Positions 10,810 to 20,810 of a DNA stretch of 64,000 bases are shown piece by piece. A program made the position numbers and the translations under genes. Each line of letters begins with the position of its first letter. Position 1 is the first letter of the stretch. The stretch comes from a bacterium (GTDB taxonomy: Bacteria > Electryoneota > Electryoneia > Electryoneales > Electryoneaceae), in the NCBI GenBank assembly GCA_963669175.1, contig OY769902.1, positions 2,400,001 through 2,464,000 on the forward strand. The letters run 5' to 3'. The notes beneath the pieces were generated by a model. That model was not told the DNA's origin and did no database searches. It saw only the letters and a list, made by a program, of their open reading frames with translations.

Positions 10810-10914
10810 GGTCGCACATTCTGGACTTCGATACCGCTGGGGGGCGGTGGGCCGCGGAAAGGTACGGTCTAACCTGACCGACGTTTCATCGCTATTGAAC
10901 TAGAGGAACGCCAG

Positions 10915-12657
10915 ATGGCAATCGCAAGAAAAGAGAAGAAGAAACTCAAGACCAAGAGTCTTGGATCCGGCTCCGGTGCGTCGACACGGTCGATGTCCGA
11001 TCTGCGACCGGATCATGTGGAAAAGCTCGCCCCCTGTATGTCCAACTGTCCCCAGGGAACTGCCGTTCGGGACGCGTTCAATATCATCCGGTTGTACGAG
11101 AAGCACGGAAAGACCAAAGAAGAGGCATACACCGACGCTTTTTACAAGTGGACAGAAAACAACCCGATGCCGGCGGTGTTGGGTCGTGTTTGCCCCCATC
11201 CGTGTGAGATCAATTGTAACCGGATTCATCGGACCGATTCGAATGAACCGGTTTCGATCAACCAGATTGAACGGTTCATTGGTGACTGGGCGCTGGAACA
11301 GAAGCTTCCGTTGGTGAAACGTGACGATGCGGAAGAGTACAGTGAAAAGGTTGCCGTGATCGGTTCCGGTCCTGCCGGACTGGGAGCTGCGTTCCATCTC
11401 GCAAAGCGTGGATACAAGGTGACGATTTTTGAAGCCTTGAAGAATCCGGGCGGTATGCTTCGGTATGGTATCCCGGCTTATCGTCTGCCTCGCGAGGTCA
11501 TCAGTGCGGAAATACAGCGCATTCTGGACCTGGGTGTCGAGCTGAAAACCGAAACCATCATCGGTAAGGATGTCCCTTACGACAAGCTCACGGAAGAGTT
11601 TGACGCCGTGTTTGTCGGTATCGGGGCGCACAAGGGCAAAATGCTGCGTGTTCCCGGTGAAGATGCGGACAATGTCCTGTCCGGTGTTGAGTTTCTGAAC
11701 CAGTTGAATTCCGGAAATCCGCCTGAAATCGGTGACAAGGTTGTCGTGGTCGGTGGTGGTGACTCGGCGATGGACGCTGCACGTTCCTGTCTGCGGATGG
11801 GCGCGGATGTGACCGTCGTTTACCGTCGTACCCGTAACGAGATGCCTGCTATTGAAGAGGATATCGTTGGCGCCGAAGATGAAGGCATCAAGTTTAACTT
11901 CCTTTGCACGCCGGTTGAAGTGTTCAAAGATGATGATAACAAGGCCACGAGCATCAAGTGCCAGAAGATGGAACTTGGTGAACCGGATGATTCCGGTCGT
12001 CGGCGCCCAGTCCCCATCGACGAATTCTTCGATCTGGACATCACATTCCTGATTCCGTCCATCAGCCAGGAACCCGACTTTGACGGGCTGGAGAACCTGA
12101 AGGCCGGACCACGTGAATGGGTCCATGCGGACGAGTTCATGCAGTCGACAGACTGTGACTGCTTCTTCCTCGCCGGTGGTGACGTGCTGGATCTTGGCCT
12201 GGTTACAACTGCGTTGGGCCAGGGCAAGCGCGCTGCACAGACCATTCACCAGCGTTTCCGCGGGCTTCCGATTCAGTTTGATTCGAAGCCGGAAGTTATT
12301 GAACCGAAAACCTGGAAGAGCGATGTGGATGGCACCGAGCACCACAACCTGCTTCCCGGTTACTTCGCCGAAACAGAACGTGTTGAAAAGCATGAACTGC
12401 CGGTTGAAGATCGTTTCAAGGATGCGGAAAAGGAAATCGTGGAGACCATCACCGAAGATGAGGTCTTCGCGGAACTTGCACGCTGTCTGAGTTGTGGGAA
12501 GTGTGTGGAATGCGGCCAGTGCTGGACGTATTGCCAGGACGCTTGTGTAGTGAAGCCTTTGAAGCCGGGCGAGAAGTACAAGTTCAAGCTCGAAAACTGC
12601 AAAGGTTGTGGCAAATGCGAGGAAGTGTGCCCCTGTGGGTACATTGACATGAAGTAG
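10915..12657 (+). CDS. dsrL: DsrL, NAD(P)H:acceptor Fe-S flavoprotein (DsrL-2-like)
   Basis: GltD-like: PCMSNCP...GRVCPHPCE; FAD GSGPAG; second Rossmann fold GGGDSA with YRR; C-terminal RCLSCGKCVECGQC and CKGCGKCEEVCPCG ferredoxin; lies inside the dsr cluster. Confidence 0.9.
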   Translation: MAIARKEKKKLKTKSLGSGSGASTRSMSDLRPDHVEKLAPCMSNCPQGTAVRDAFNIIRLYEKHGKTKEEAYTDAFYKWTENNPMPAVLGRVCPHPCEINCNRIHRTDSNEPVSINQIERFIGDWALEQKLPLVKRDDAEEYSEKVAVIGSGPAGLGAAFHLAKRGYKVTIFEALKNPGGMLRYGIPAYRLPREVISAEIQRILDLGVELKTETIIGKDVPYDKLTEEFDAVFVGIGAHKGKMLRVPGEDADNVLSGVEFLNQLNSGNPPEIGDKVVVVGGGDSAMDAARSCLRMGADVTVVYRRTRNEMPAIEEDIVGAEDEGIKFNFLCTPVEVFKDDDNKATSIKCQKMELGEPDDSGRRRPVPIDEFFDLDITFLIPSISQEPDFDGLENLKAGPREWVHADEFMQSTDCDCFFLAGGDVLDLGLVTTALGQGKRAAQTIHQRFRGLPIQFDSKPEVIEPKTWKSDVDGTEHHNLLPGYFAETERVEKHELPVEDRFKDAEKEIVETITEDEVFAELARCLSCGKCVECGQCWTYCQDACVVKPLKPGEKYKFKLENCKGCGKCEEVCPCGYIDMK

Positions 12658-12726
12658 AACCTGATTCGATAGAAGTTAGGTAAAATGACGTCCGTATAAG
12701 GGCGCCAAAGCGGAGGAGTACTACTC

Positions 12727-13050
12727 ATGGCTATGTTTTTTGAGTATGGTGACGGCAAAAAAGTCGACATCGACGAGGACGGCTTCATTCAAGAACCAGA
12801 TAACTGGAATGAAGAACTCGCGGTTGCACTGGCTGAAACCGAAGGCGTGACCGAGATGACTGATGAACACTGGCGTCTGGTCAACTATCTGCGTGACTAC
12901 TACCAGCAGTACGGGATTGCCCCGATGGTCCGCAAGCTTTGTAAAGAGACCAAGATTCCTCTCAAGCGTGTTTATGAGCTGTATCCGTCAGGCCCAGCGA
13001 AGGGCGCTTGCAAGGTCGCCGGCCTGCCGAAGCCAACCGGTTGTGTCTGA
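12727..13050 (+). CDS. dsrC: DsrC sulfur carrier
   Basis: DEDGFI...W; APMVRKL; C-terminal GPAKGACKVAGLPKPTGCV with both conserved cysteines (Cx10C). Confidence 0.96.
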   Translation: MAMFFEYGDGKKVDIDEDGFIQEPDNWNEELAVALAETEGVTEMTDEHWRLVNYLRDYYQQYGIAPMVRKLCKETKIPLKRVYELYPSGPAKGACKVAGLPKPTGCV

Positions 13051-13065
13051 TCAACTGGCGCTGAC

Positions 13066-14457
13066 ATGATATGTCCATCAATCGCGGTGGCCGGTCTGGG
13101 GGGAGACAGTGGTAAAACTCTTGTCTCACTCGGACTGGCCGCCGCGTTTTCCTCTCGCGGTTTCCGGGTCGCCCCGTTCAAGAAAGGCCCGGACTATATC
13201 GACGCTGCCTGGTTGAGCGCCGCCGGGAAACGTACGTGCCGCAACCTCGACACTTTCCTCATGGATGAAGATGTCATCCTTGATACCTGGCAACGCGAGT
13301 GCGAAGACGCCGATATCGCCATCATGGAAGGGAATCGTGGCATCTTTGACGGTATGGATGCTGCGGGAAGTCACTCTACAGCCACCCTGGCAAAGCTGGT
13401 TGGGGCGCCGGTCCTGCTGGTTATCAATGTGACCAAGATGACCCGCACCGTTGCCGCTATTGTCAAAGGTGTGCAGGCGCTTGATCCTGAATTGGATATC
13501 CTGGGCATTGTGCTGAACCGGGTCGCAGGCAAACGTCACCGTGAAGTTATAACCGAAGCGATCAGGATTGAAACCGGACTGCCGGTATTGGGCGCGATCC
13601 CCAAGCTCAAGCTGGATATGATTCCGGGCCGCCATCTCGGACTTGTCACGACCGATGAGCACCCGGACGTCGCCCAGGCCATCCGGAATGCCCGCGATGT
13701 TGCGCTGGAACACCTGGCTATCGACAGGATCGAAGTAGAACTGCGGCAACGCCCTGCTTCCATGATGCTGTCGCAATTGCGAGACAGTGCTTCAATTGCA
13801 CGTTATCAGCGTCCTGTTTGCCGTATTGGTGTGGTACGAGACGCGGCCTTTCCTTTTTACTACCCGGAAAATCTGGAAGCGTTGGAAGATGGCGGCGCGG
13901 AACTGATATATATCAGTGCGTTGAAGGATAAATCGCTGCCTGAAAACATTGATGCGCTCTATATCGGTGGCGGTTTTCCGGAAACACATTTGCCGCAACT
14001 TGCAACCAATAGGGAGTTTCTCGATTCACTGCGAGAAGCTTCGTTGGACCGGAAGTTGCCTGTTTACGCTGAATGCGGCGGGTTGATGCTGTTATGCCGC
14101 AGTCTTGAGTATAAGGGGCAGACGTGGGAGCTGGCGAATGTCTTCCCGGTTGACATCGGCTGGTCGAAAAAACCACGCGGGCATGGCTATTCGGTTGGCG
14201 TAATTGATGGTGAGAACCCGTATTATCCGGTTGGGACAGAGATCAAGGGCCATGAATTCCACTACTCGTTCATCGATAAGATGGACAATACCGCGGCGGA
14301 TGGATCTGTTGTCAACCTTCAACGTGGCAGTGGAATCGGCGATAAACGGGATGGACTGTACACAGCGAATACCCTTGCGCTGTATACGCATGTTCATGCT
14401 GCCGGACTGAAGGAATGGGCGCAGGGGATGCTGAAGGCTGCGAAATTAAGAGGGTAA
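13066..14457 (+). CDS. dsrN: DsrN, cobyrinate a,c-diamide synthase-like siroheme amidase
   Basis: GDSGKT P-loop; FKKGPDYID; EGNRG; RHLGL; AFPFYYPEN; glutaminase YAECGG and GHEFHYS; dsr context. Confidence 0.88.
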   Translation: MICPSIAVAGLGGDSGKTLVSLGLAAAFSSRGFRVAPFKKGPDYIDAAWLSAAGKRTCRNLDTFLMDEDVILDTWQRECEDADIAIMEGNRGIFDGMDAAGSHSTATLAKLVGAPVLLVINVTKMTRTVAAIVKGVQALDPELDILGIVLNRVAGKRHREVITEAIRIETGLPVLGAIPKLKLDMIPGRHLGLVTTDEHPDVAQAIRNARDVALEHLAIDRIEVELRQRPASMMLSQLRDSASIARYQRPVCRIGVVRDAAFPFYYPENLEALEDGGAELIYISALKDKSLPENIDALYIGGGFPETHLPQLATNREFLDSLREASLDRKLPVYAECGGLMLLCRSLEYKGQTWELANVFPVDIGWSKKPRGHGYSVGVIDGENPYYPVGTEIKGHEFHYSFIDKMDNTAADGSVVNLQRGSGIGDKRDGLYTANTLALYTHVHAAGLKEWAQGMLKAAKLRG

Positions 14458-14820
14458 AAGATCTTCCTCGCAAGAATTTATGCGCATTTTGAGGTAGGAG
14501 CAGCCCTTCCAAATAGTACATATGGAGTGTTTCGAATGCTTAAGACTAACGGAACACGCTACTTTTTCTACTGATCGCTTATGCTGTGTTGTTCAAGGCT
14601 TCATTTTACACATTGCTGATTTTTGTTTTAAATCACGCCAGAATGCCATCCATGTGATTTCTCATCAGTTTGAAAAAGATCTTCGTTGGCTTCAGACAGT
14701 TGTTCCCTACCTTTCGGAACCAATAGCTATTTGCTTCTTCAGTATATTAGCTATCCAACAGTAGTCTTGTTTTAAAACAATTATACAAGCAGCGTTGTAC
14801 ATTCAAGAATTACGAGTGTT

Positions 14821-17800
14821 TCAATCAGTATAACCGATTGCTATGTTTACATCATTGATGTCTACCTTTTGCTGGTGTTGAAGAAGGCTGATCGCTTTCG
14901 CAATACGTTCCTCAACATTCACACCTGTTCGTTGAAAACCGAATAGCTTTGCAGTTGCACGGATTAGCTCGTCCTTTGGAGCGCTAATCTCTTCATGAAG
15001 GATATATAGTATTGAATTGGCGATTTCCTCGACAGGAAGGTCGCTTGCATCCCTGAAGGATAGCTTGTCCTTCCCAGGAACACGGAAATCTCCATAGTTC
15101 CTTTTACTTGCCTCTCCATTCCAAAGAAATTCTCCGCTGTCTGTTTTCTGGACATAGACCTCGTTATGAGGAATAAGCTTGTGAACATATTCCACGGCTT
15201 TGGAGGTAACGCGTCCGAAATTCCAGAAGCTTGTTACTCGTCTCGCAGTAAGATTGAGACTGACCGGGGCTTCCTGTTGAACAACCTCAAGAATTTTCAG
15301 CCGGATCAGGTTTCGGTTATGGTCGAAGTAGAATTCATCAGGTTGAGCCACAATTGCGTTCACTGGCACAGGTTTGTATACAGGAAGATGGGGTGCCTTA
15401 GGGGTTGTTTCGCGGTTCTGCTCGCATTGGAAATGCTTTGTGGTTGCTTCGTTGTTGTCTGTCCTCATTCCATTTGCATGTGGTTGTATTGCTTTGGGAA
15501 CATCATTGCGAGACAGTTCTGCCTGCTCAATGGCATCCACAAGCTTTTGCATCTCATGCTGTGGGTCATTCCACCAATCGGAGGACCAGATACGGTGCAG
15601 CTTCCACCCAAGGCCACGAAGGACGGATTCACGGAGCTTATCGCGGTCCCTGGCAGTCTTGGCACGGTGGTACATGGCTCCATCACATTCTACACCAAGC
15701 AGGTAGCGGCCAGGGGCTTCAGGATCAACAACCGCAAGGTCAATACGGTATCGCGCTGTACCAACTTGTTTGTGGACCTGGTAACCGCGTCGGTCCAACT
15801 CGTTGAATACCTCCTCTTCAAAAGGCGAGTCAAAATCAGCTTCCAGGTCGAGCTGAACAGCTTCCGCGATTGCTGATGTACCACGCTGAGCGTAGTTCAG
15901 GAAAAGCTTCAAATCCTTCACACCTCTTGCCTGGGTACGTGCGAGGTCAATCTGATCAGCTTGAAGAGTAGAAAAGACCAATACTTCTCGCCTTGCTCTG
16001 GTAATAGCAACATTCAGTCTACGCTCGCCACCATCCTTGTTCATCGGTCCAAAGTTCATCGATACATTTCCAGCTAAATCTGGACCATAGCAAATGGAAA
16101 ACAGAATCACGTCTCGTTCGTCGCCCTGAACATTCTCCAAATTCTTGACGAAAACAGGTTCTACGCAACTATCTCCGAAGAAGGCTTCCAAGGATTCATC
16201 TTGACCACGTTCGATATCAAGGAGATCTTCAATCAGCTTCTGCTGTGCCTGACTGAAGGTGACAATGCCGATGGATGATTGAGAAAGCTTCTCATCATGA
16301 AGGCGCTGTATCACCTCACATACGACCGCCTTCGCTTCCGCTCGATTTGTTCTCGATTTGCCTTTATCGTAAACACCTTCTGGGACGTGAATCCATTTCA
16401 CCCCCATTCCGGTAAGATCGGAGGAGGGGAAGGTGAAGAGACGATTCCCATAGTAGTTGTAATTGCTGAAGGTGATCAGACTTTCATGACGGCTGCGGTA
16501 GTGCCAGTCCAGCGTTCGCAGCGGAATACCAGCACCGAAACATTCATCAAGGATACTCTCGATTCCCGCATCAAGGTTAAGGTCCTCATCAACGTCTTCC
16601 TCATCCGAACGGTTGAAGAAATTGGTTGGGGGAAGTTGTTTAGGGTCGCCGACCACCACCGCCTGTTTACCTCGAGCGATTGCCCCAATCGCATCCCATA
16701 CAGGAATCTGGGATGCCTCGTCAAAAACAATCAGGTCAAAGGGTGGATATTGTGAATCGAGATATTGGGCAACTGAAATCGGACTCATGAGGAGGCAAGG
16801 TTTCAATTTGGGGAGAAGACCGGGGATACTCTGAAACAATTTACGGACGGCCATGTGTGCCCGCCGTTTGTTGATCTCACGCTTCAGAATTCCCAGTTCG
16901 CTTGTCGGCATGTCAAAGTGAGAGTTGCGCGGAATCTTCTCTCCTAGTTTTGCCCTTATTAGTGCTTTTGTCAGGTCCTCGTATTTGTCGTCTATTTCTC
17001 TAAACTTCTGAATCCTTTGTTCGTGTTCAGCGGAGGAGAACTGACGAAGGACTGATTCGGAGTCAACGACGGCATTATACCACCACTCCGTATAACTTCT
17101 CTCGAAAACCCGGCGAAGCTGGGATGTTTGAATCTTGCCCGATTCATAAGCCTCGACAATCATAGACAGGTCAAGCGATATGGCTTCTTCACGCTTTCTG
17201 AGCCAGGCAGTCCAATTACGCAGTTGGTTGATGGATTTGCTCCAAAGATTGGTCTGATGCAGATGGTTTTCAATCATCCCTGTCGCGGTATTGTCACCCC
17301 AGGCTAATTCAGGAATGATGGTGGCGAGATCGATTAAAGAAGTACGCGCTTCAAAGAAATCAGTCCACGCCTGATTAAACGTCTTCAATCGGTTATAGAG
17401 CCCCCCACCCGCTCTCAGTTGATCATGTCCTTCGGTTAGAATTCTTGCCCATTTTATACGCAGATCAGATGCTTGGCCGAAATCATCTCCTGCCAAACGA
17501 TGTACGTGACTACGCAGGATATCGATCCAACAAAGAATGGATTCGACTTTATCCCAGTCTGCATCTCCATTAAGCCAATGGGATCCCAGTACTTCATTTG
17601 CTTGCACGCTGACACTATTGAGGAGATGCTGTTCACGGTGGTACTCAATAGCATCATTTAGTAGCGATTTGATCTCAACTTTCTTTGGTTTCCTTCCATC
17701 TATCGCGACTTCTGCCAATGCTTTCCGGATCGGACGCCGTTTCCACCAAGCGACCAACGCCCAAGAATCTTCCGCTTGATGTAATTGGTCCAAGTGGGCT

Positions 17801-20781
17801 TCTAAGGGTAGGCCAATAATATCATCTCTGAATCGATTCCGCACTTTAGTCCGGATCACGTCCCGGGCACGGCCATGCGTTAACCAATGTGAGATTGCTT
17901 CCTTCAACTCTGACCAAGTCGATTGAGTCAGCAAGACAGGCCGGAATGGCGGTGGATCAATAAACAGGGACGTCACTTGATCAGCAACTTTGAATTCATC
18001 CAGTGACCAGGCATTTGAAGAAACCGGGAAGAATTGGTCATCTATGGCGGCTGCAGCGGACTTCAATGCTTCACATTTGTTCTTGAATTCCAGCAGTGCT
18101 CGTTCAAGACCATCCTGCCAATGTGCAGACCAGTCAGAGAATCTCATACCAAACCAGGGATGATCGTACGGTCCACCACATGCCTTACCGGTTACAGCCA
18201 TACCATCAATACATTCGCGAAGTACGGTCAACTTTTGCCGGTTGAGTGAGTCTCGTAACACCCAGTCAAAAGGTATCCTGGGTACATCCCTCAATCCGAT
18301 CAAACGAGAAACTGCTTGAAATACGGACTCTCCTGTCGTTCGGATAGTGTGCAAGGCGTGCACATAGGTGTTCAACTCTGCACGTTTCTTTTCAAGGCGT
18401 TTGGCTTCTTCTTCCCAAATCTCCTGGCTGAACTGGGTAATAGCGTTTAAAGAGTCCGAAAGCTGACTGATGACTGATTTCTTGTCTGCTTTGTTTGAAT
18501 GAATTTCAAGGCAAAAGTCACCCAGACCGATCTGGTTCAGGCGTCTCTGGACAACGCTTAATGCGGCCATCTTCTCCGAAACGAACAGGACAGTATTCCC
18601 GATTGTCAGCGAGTGTGCGATGATGTTGGTAATCGTCTGAGATTTCCCCGTCCCGGGAGGTCCCTCCAGAACGAAGCTCCGACCTTCAGCTGCTGCAAAC
18701 ACTGCCGCAAGCTGAGAGGAGTCCGACTCAAGCGGGCAAAATGTTTCGGTCGGCTTTCTGTCATCGTCAAGTGTTTCTGGATCGGGAAACTCGCCGTCGG
18801 GATCATAGGCTTCACCTGGATGATTCACAAGATGATCAACGACATTGTTGTGTAGCAGGTCAGCTGATCGTTCTGCAATGTCACGCCACATCAGGAATTT
18901 TGCAAAGGTGAAGAAACCAACTTGGGCTTCTTTTATCACTTCCCAACGATCAATGTCTTTTACCTTCTCTTGGATCGTGCGGAAGATGAGGGGAACATCC
19001 AAACCAGATTCATCCAAGGGAAGAGGGTCCATCCCTGTGATTTCAATTCCGAAATCCTTTTTCAGCAGTTCGAGGAGGGTCACATTGATCCGTGGATCAT
19101 CAGTGATAAGCTGCAGTGTGTATCCCTGTAAAACTGATTCGCGCTTCAACTCGATGGGTAGCAGAAGCAGAGGGGCTTTGCGTGGTGTCTCACTCCCCTC
19201 TGTCTCATACCAGGATAAAAATCCCAGCGCTAGATAAAGTGCGCTCGATCCACCTTCTTCAAGCGCTGTTCGCGCGGACCTGAAGACATCAACGAGACGA
19301 CTCTTTAATTCTCCCTCTGTCAGATCGAAGTGCAGCCTCTTGGCCTGCATCTCCTCCCTAAGAGCCTTGTTAACCGCCTCATCTCCAGTACGTTGGGCGT
19401 GAACGGTTGCTGATCTTGGATCATTTATGCTGAACTCACGTAGTTTTGGTAGCAACGAGAACTTGGCGCCATCCGCCAGCATATCCTCGAGGGTTGGAAG
19501 ATCGGGACAGAGCAGAGAAAGTGTCTTCTTAGTTGGCTTAAAGTTAAGCAACCTGTTGCGAAGAGTGAGGTCAAGTAGTTTCCGTTGCCAACGATCAAGA
19601 CGCGATGCCGCTGTTTCCGTCTCTTCGACTTTACCAGTGAATTCAGTCTGGCTTGGGATGGAAGGGAGTTTCGGAGCTTGGACGCTCTGCGCCTCATTAG
19701 GCTCAGCAGAAGAGGTGGAATCAACTCTTTCTGGCAGTGGACGAACCTGAGACTTTCGTGATCGCCTGATATCAATGACGCACAGATATTTATCAACATC
19801 CTCCAGACATTTTCTTGCTTCTAAGGCAGTATGGTCAAATTCGGGGCTGGGACGTGATGTGGCAAATGTCGGGTCGAATACCACTATCTCGCGCAGATCA
19901 ACTCGCTTTCGTAGACGGATCGGGTCGAAATCAACGGGCTCATCAAAACACGCATCGTTCAGCCATGCTCCAGTAAAAGCATGTCCCTGTACAAGGACTA
20001 CCAGAGCATTCAAGCCTGCCTGTTCAAGGCATCCAGCTGCCAACAACGCTATGTCTAGGCAAGTAGCTCTTCCTGCTTCAGTGATCCGATCAGGGAAGCG
20101 AACTCGCTGCCCCTCCTCCTCAAAGCTTGCTGGTGGATTTGAATAGGTTAATCCCTGTGATCGAATAGCTTCATAAATCGCGGCAACAGTCTTGTAAGCA
20201 TTTTCAGGGTTCTGAGTCTGGTATCCTGTAAGTGAAGGATCCCCCGTCCACTGTTCCAGAATAGATGCCGTCTTTGTAAGGAAGGTGTCAATTGCCGGGT
20301 GATTGGGTAGCACGAAAGCTGCAAGGATTGAAGGAAGTGAACTAAGACCACCCCATTCATCACGTGCCAGCAGGTCTACTGGCTCCGTAGTCTCAAGGAT
20401 TAGCTCCTCACTTGCCTTGATCGCAAAATGAAGAGTGCCATGCATGCGCTCCGTTAGATTCCCAAGAAACTGAGGTGAAAGCTGCAAGTCGATAGTTTGA
20501 ATATTGAAGGTGTCCCCTGCGCCCAATTGCATAAGGTGGGTGGACCAGGGGGAAGCGTACTGCGGATCTGGATTGATAGCAAGAGTGATATCGGTGAGGA
20601 GTTGGTTGGTGTGGTTCGTTACGTGGAGGGATTTAATCACTGGGACATCATTCTGCTGCAAGGCGAAATTGATCTTCCTGTCAAGCTCAACCTCGAGCGA
20701 GACGGGGAAGGAGTCACCCTCAATGTGGATTGCTAGTTCTGAAGTCTCGAAATCATTCCCTAGGACTTGATAGTTGTCCAT
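14821..20781 (-). CDS. DUF4011 + SF1 (DNA2/NAM7-like) helicase + Vsr/MTES_1575-like endonuclease + DUF3320; Hhe-like anti-phage protein
   Basis: WQRKLLDLTLRNRLLNF (DUF4011 start); Walker A EGPPGTGKSQT; FDEASQ; VGDPKQLPP; HYRS; VQGDERD; RRLNVAITRAR; FDSPFEEEV..YRIDLAV..ECDG..YH..RD (restriction-like nuclease); C-terminal winged-helix-type segments. Confidence 0.85.
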   Translation of the reverse strand: MDNYQVLGNDFETSELAIHIEGDSFPVSLEVELDRKINFALQQNDVPVIKSLHVTNHTNQLLTDITLAINPDPQYASPWSTHLMQLGAGDTFNIQTIDLQLSPQFLGNLTERMHGTLHFAIKASEELILETTEPVDLLARDEWGGLSSLPSILAAFVLPNHPAIDTFLTKTASILEQWTGDPSLTGYQTQNPENAYKTVAAIYEAIRSQGLTYSNPPASFEEEGQRVRFPDRITEAGRATCLDIALLAAGCLEQAGLNALVVLVQGHAFTGAWLNDACFDEPVDFDPIRLRKRVDLREIVVFDPTFATSRPSPEFDHTALEARKCLEDVDKYLCVIDIRRSRKSQVRPLPERVDSTSSAEPNEAQSVQAPKLPSIPSQTEFTGKVEETETAASRLDRWQRKLLDLTLRNRLLNFKPTKKTLSLLCPDLPTLEDMLADGAKFSLLPKLREFSINDPRSATVHAQRTGDEAVNKALREEMQAKRLHFDLTEGELKSRLVDVFRSARTALEEGGSSALYLALGFLSWYETEGSETPRKAPLLLLPIELKRESVLQGYTLQLITDDPRINVTLLELLKKDFGIEITGMDPLPLDESGLDVPLIFRTIQEKVKDIDRWEVIKEAQVGFFTFAKFLMWRDIAERSADLLHNNVVDHLVNHPGEAYDPDGEFPDPETLDDDRKPTETFCPLESDSSQLAAVFAAAEGRSFVLEGPPGTGKSQTITNIIAHSLTIGNTVLFVSEKMAALSVVQRRLNQIGLGDFCLEIHSNKADKKSVISQLSDSLNAITQFSQEIWEEEAKRLEKKRAELNTYVHALHTIRTTGESVFQAVSRLIGLRDVPRIPFDWVLRDSLNRQKLTVLRECIDGMAVTGKACGGPYDHPWFGMRFSDWSAHWQDGLERALLEFKNKCEALKSAAAAIDDQFFPVSSNAWSLDEFKVADQVTSLFIDPPPFRPVLLTQSTWSELKEAISHWLTHGRARDVIRTKVRNRFRDDIIGLPLEAHLDQLHQAEDSWALVAWWKRRPIRKALAEVAIDGRKPKKVEIKSLLNDAIEYHREQHLLNSVSVQANEVLGSHWLNGDADWDKVESILCWIDILRSHVHRLAGDDFGQASDLRIKWARILTEGHDQLRAGGGLYNRLKTFNQAWTDFFEARTSLIDLATIIPELAWGDNTATGMIENHLHQTNLWSKSINQLRNWTAWLRKREEAISLDLSMIVEAYESGKIQTSQLRRVFERSYTEWWYNAVVDSESVLRQFSSAEHEQRIQKFREIDDKYEDLTKALIRAKLGEKIPRNSHFDMPTSELGILKREINKRRAHMAVRKLFQSIPGLLPKLKPCLLMSPISVAQYLDSQYPPFDLIVFDEASQIPVWDAIGAIARGKQAVVVGDPKQLPPTNFFNRSDEEDVDEDLNLDAGIESILDECFGAGIPLRTLDWHYRSRHESLITFSNYNYYGNRLFTFPSSDLTGMGVKWIHVPEGVYDKGKSRTNRAEAKAVVCEVIQRLHDEKLSQSSIGIVTFSQAQQKLIEDLLDIERGQDESLEAFFGDSCVEPVFVKNLENVQGDERDVILFSICYGPDLAGNVSMNFGPMNKDGGERRLNVAITRARREVLVFSTLQADQIDLARTQARGVKDLKLFLNYAQRGTSAIAEAVQLDLEADFDSPFEEEVFNELDRRGYQVHKQVGTARYRIDLAVVDPEAPGRYLLGVECDGAMYHRAKTARDRDKLRESVLRGLGWKLHRIWSSDWWNDPQHEMQKLVDAIEQAELSRNDVPKAIQPHANGMRTDNNEATTKHFQCEQNRETTPKAPHLPVYKPVPVNAIVAQPDEFYFDHNRNLIRLKILEVVQQEAPVSLNLTARRVTSFWNFGRVTSKAVEYVHKLIPHNEVYVQKTDSGEFLWNGEASKRNYGDFRVPGKDKLSFRDASDLPVEEIANSILYILHEEISAPKDELIRATAKLFGFQRTGVNVEERIAKAISLLQHQQKVDINDVNIAIGYTD

Positions 20782-20810
20782 TACCTAAGCCTCCATGCGT
20801 CATGTTGGTT

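Noticed and set aside
8210-12393. Long antisense ORFs (378 aa, 497 aa and others) opposite dsrA/dsrL
   Set aside because: Shadow frames caused by strong codon bias in highly expressed genes; no motifs or RBS.
13066-14457. Cobalamin biosynthesis gene cbiA/cobB
   Set aside because: No other cob/cbi genes nearby; its position directly after dsrC indicates dsrN.
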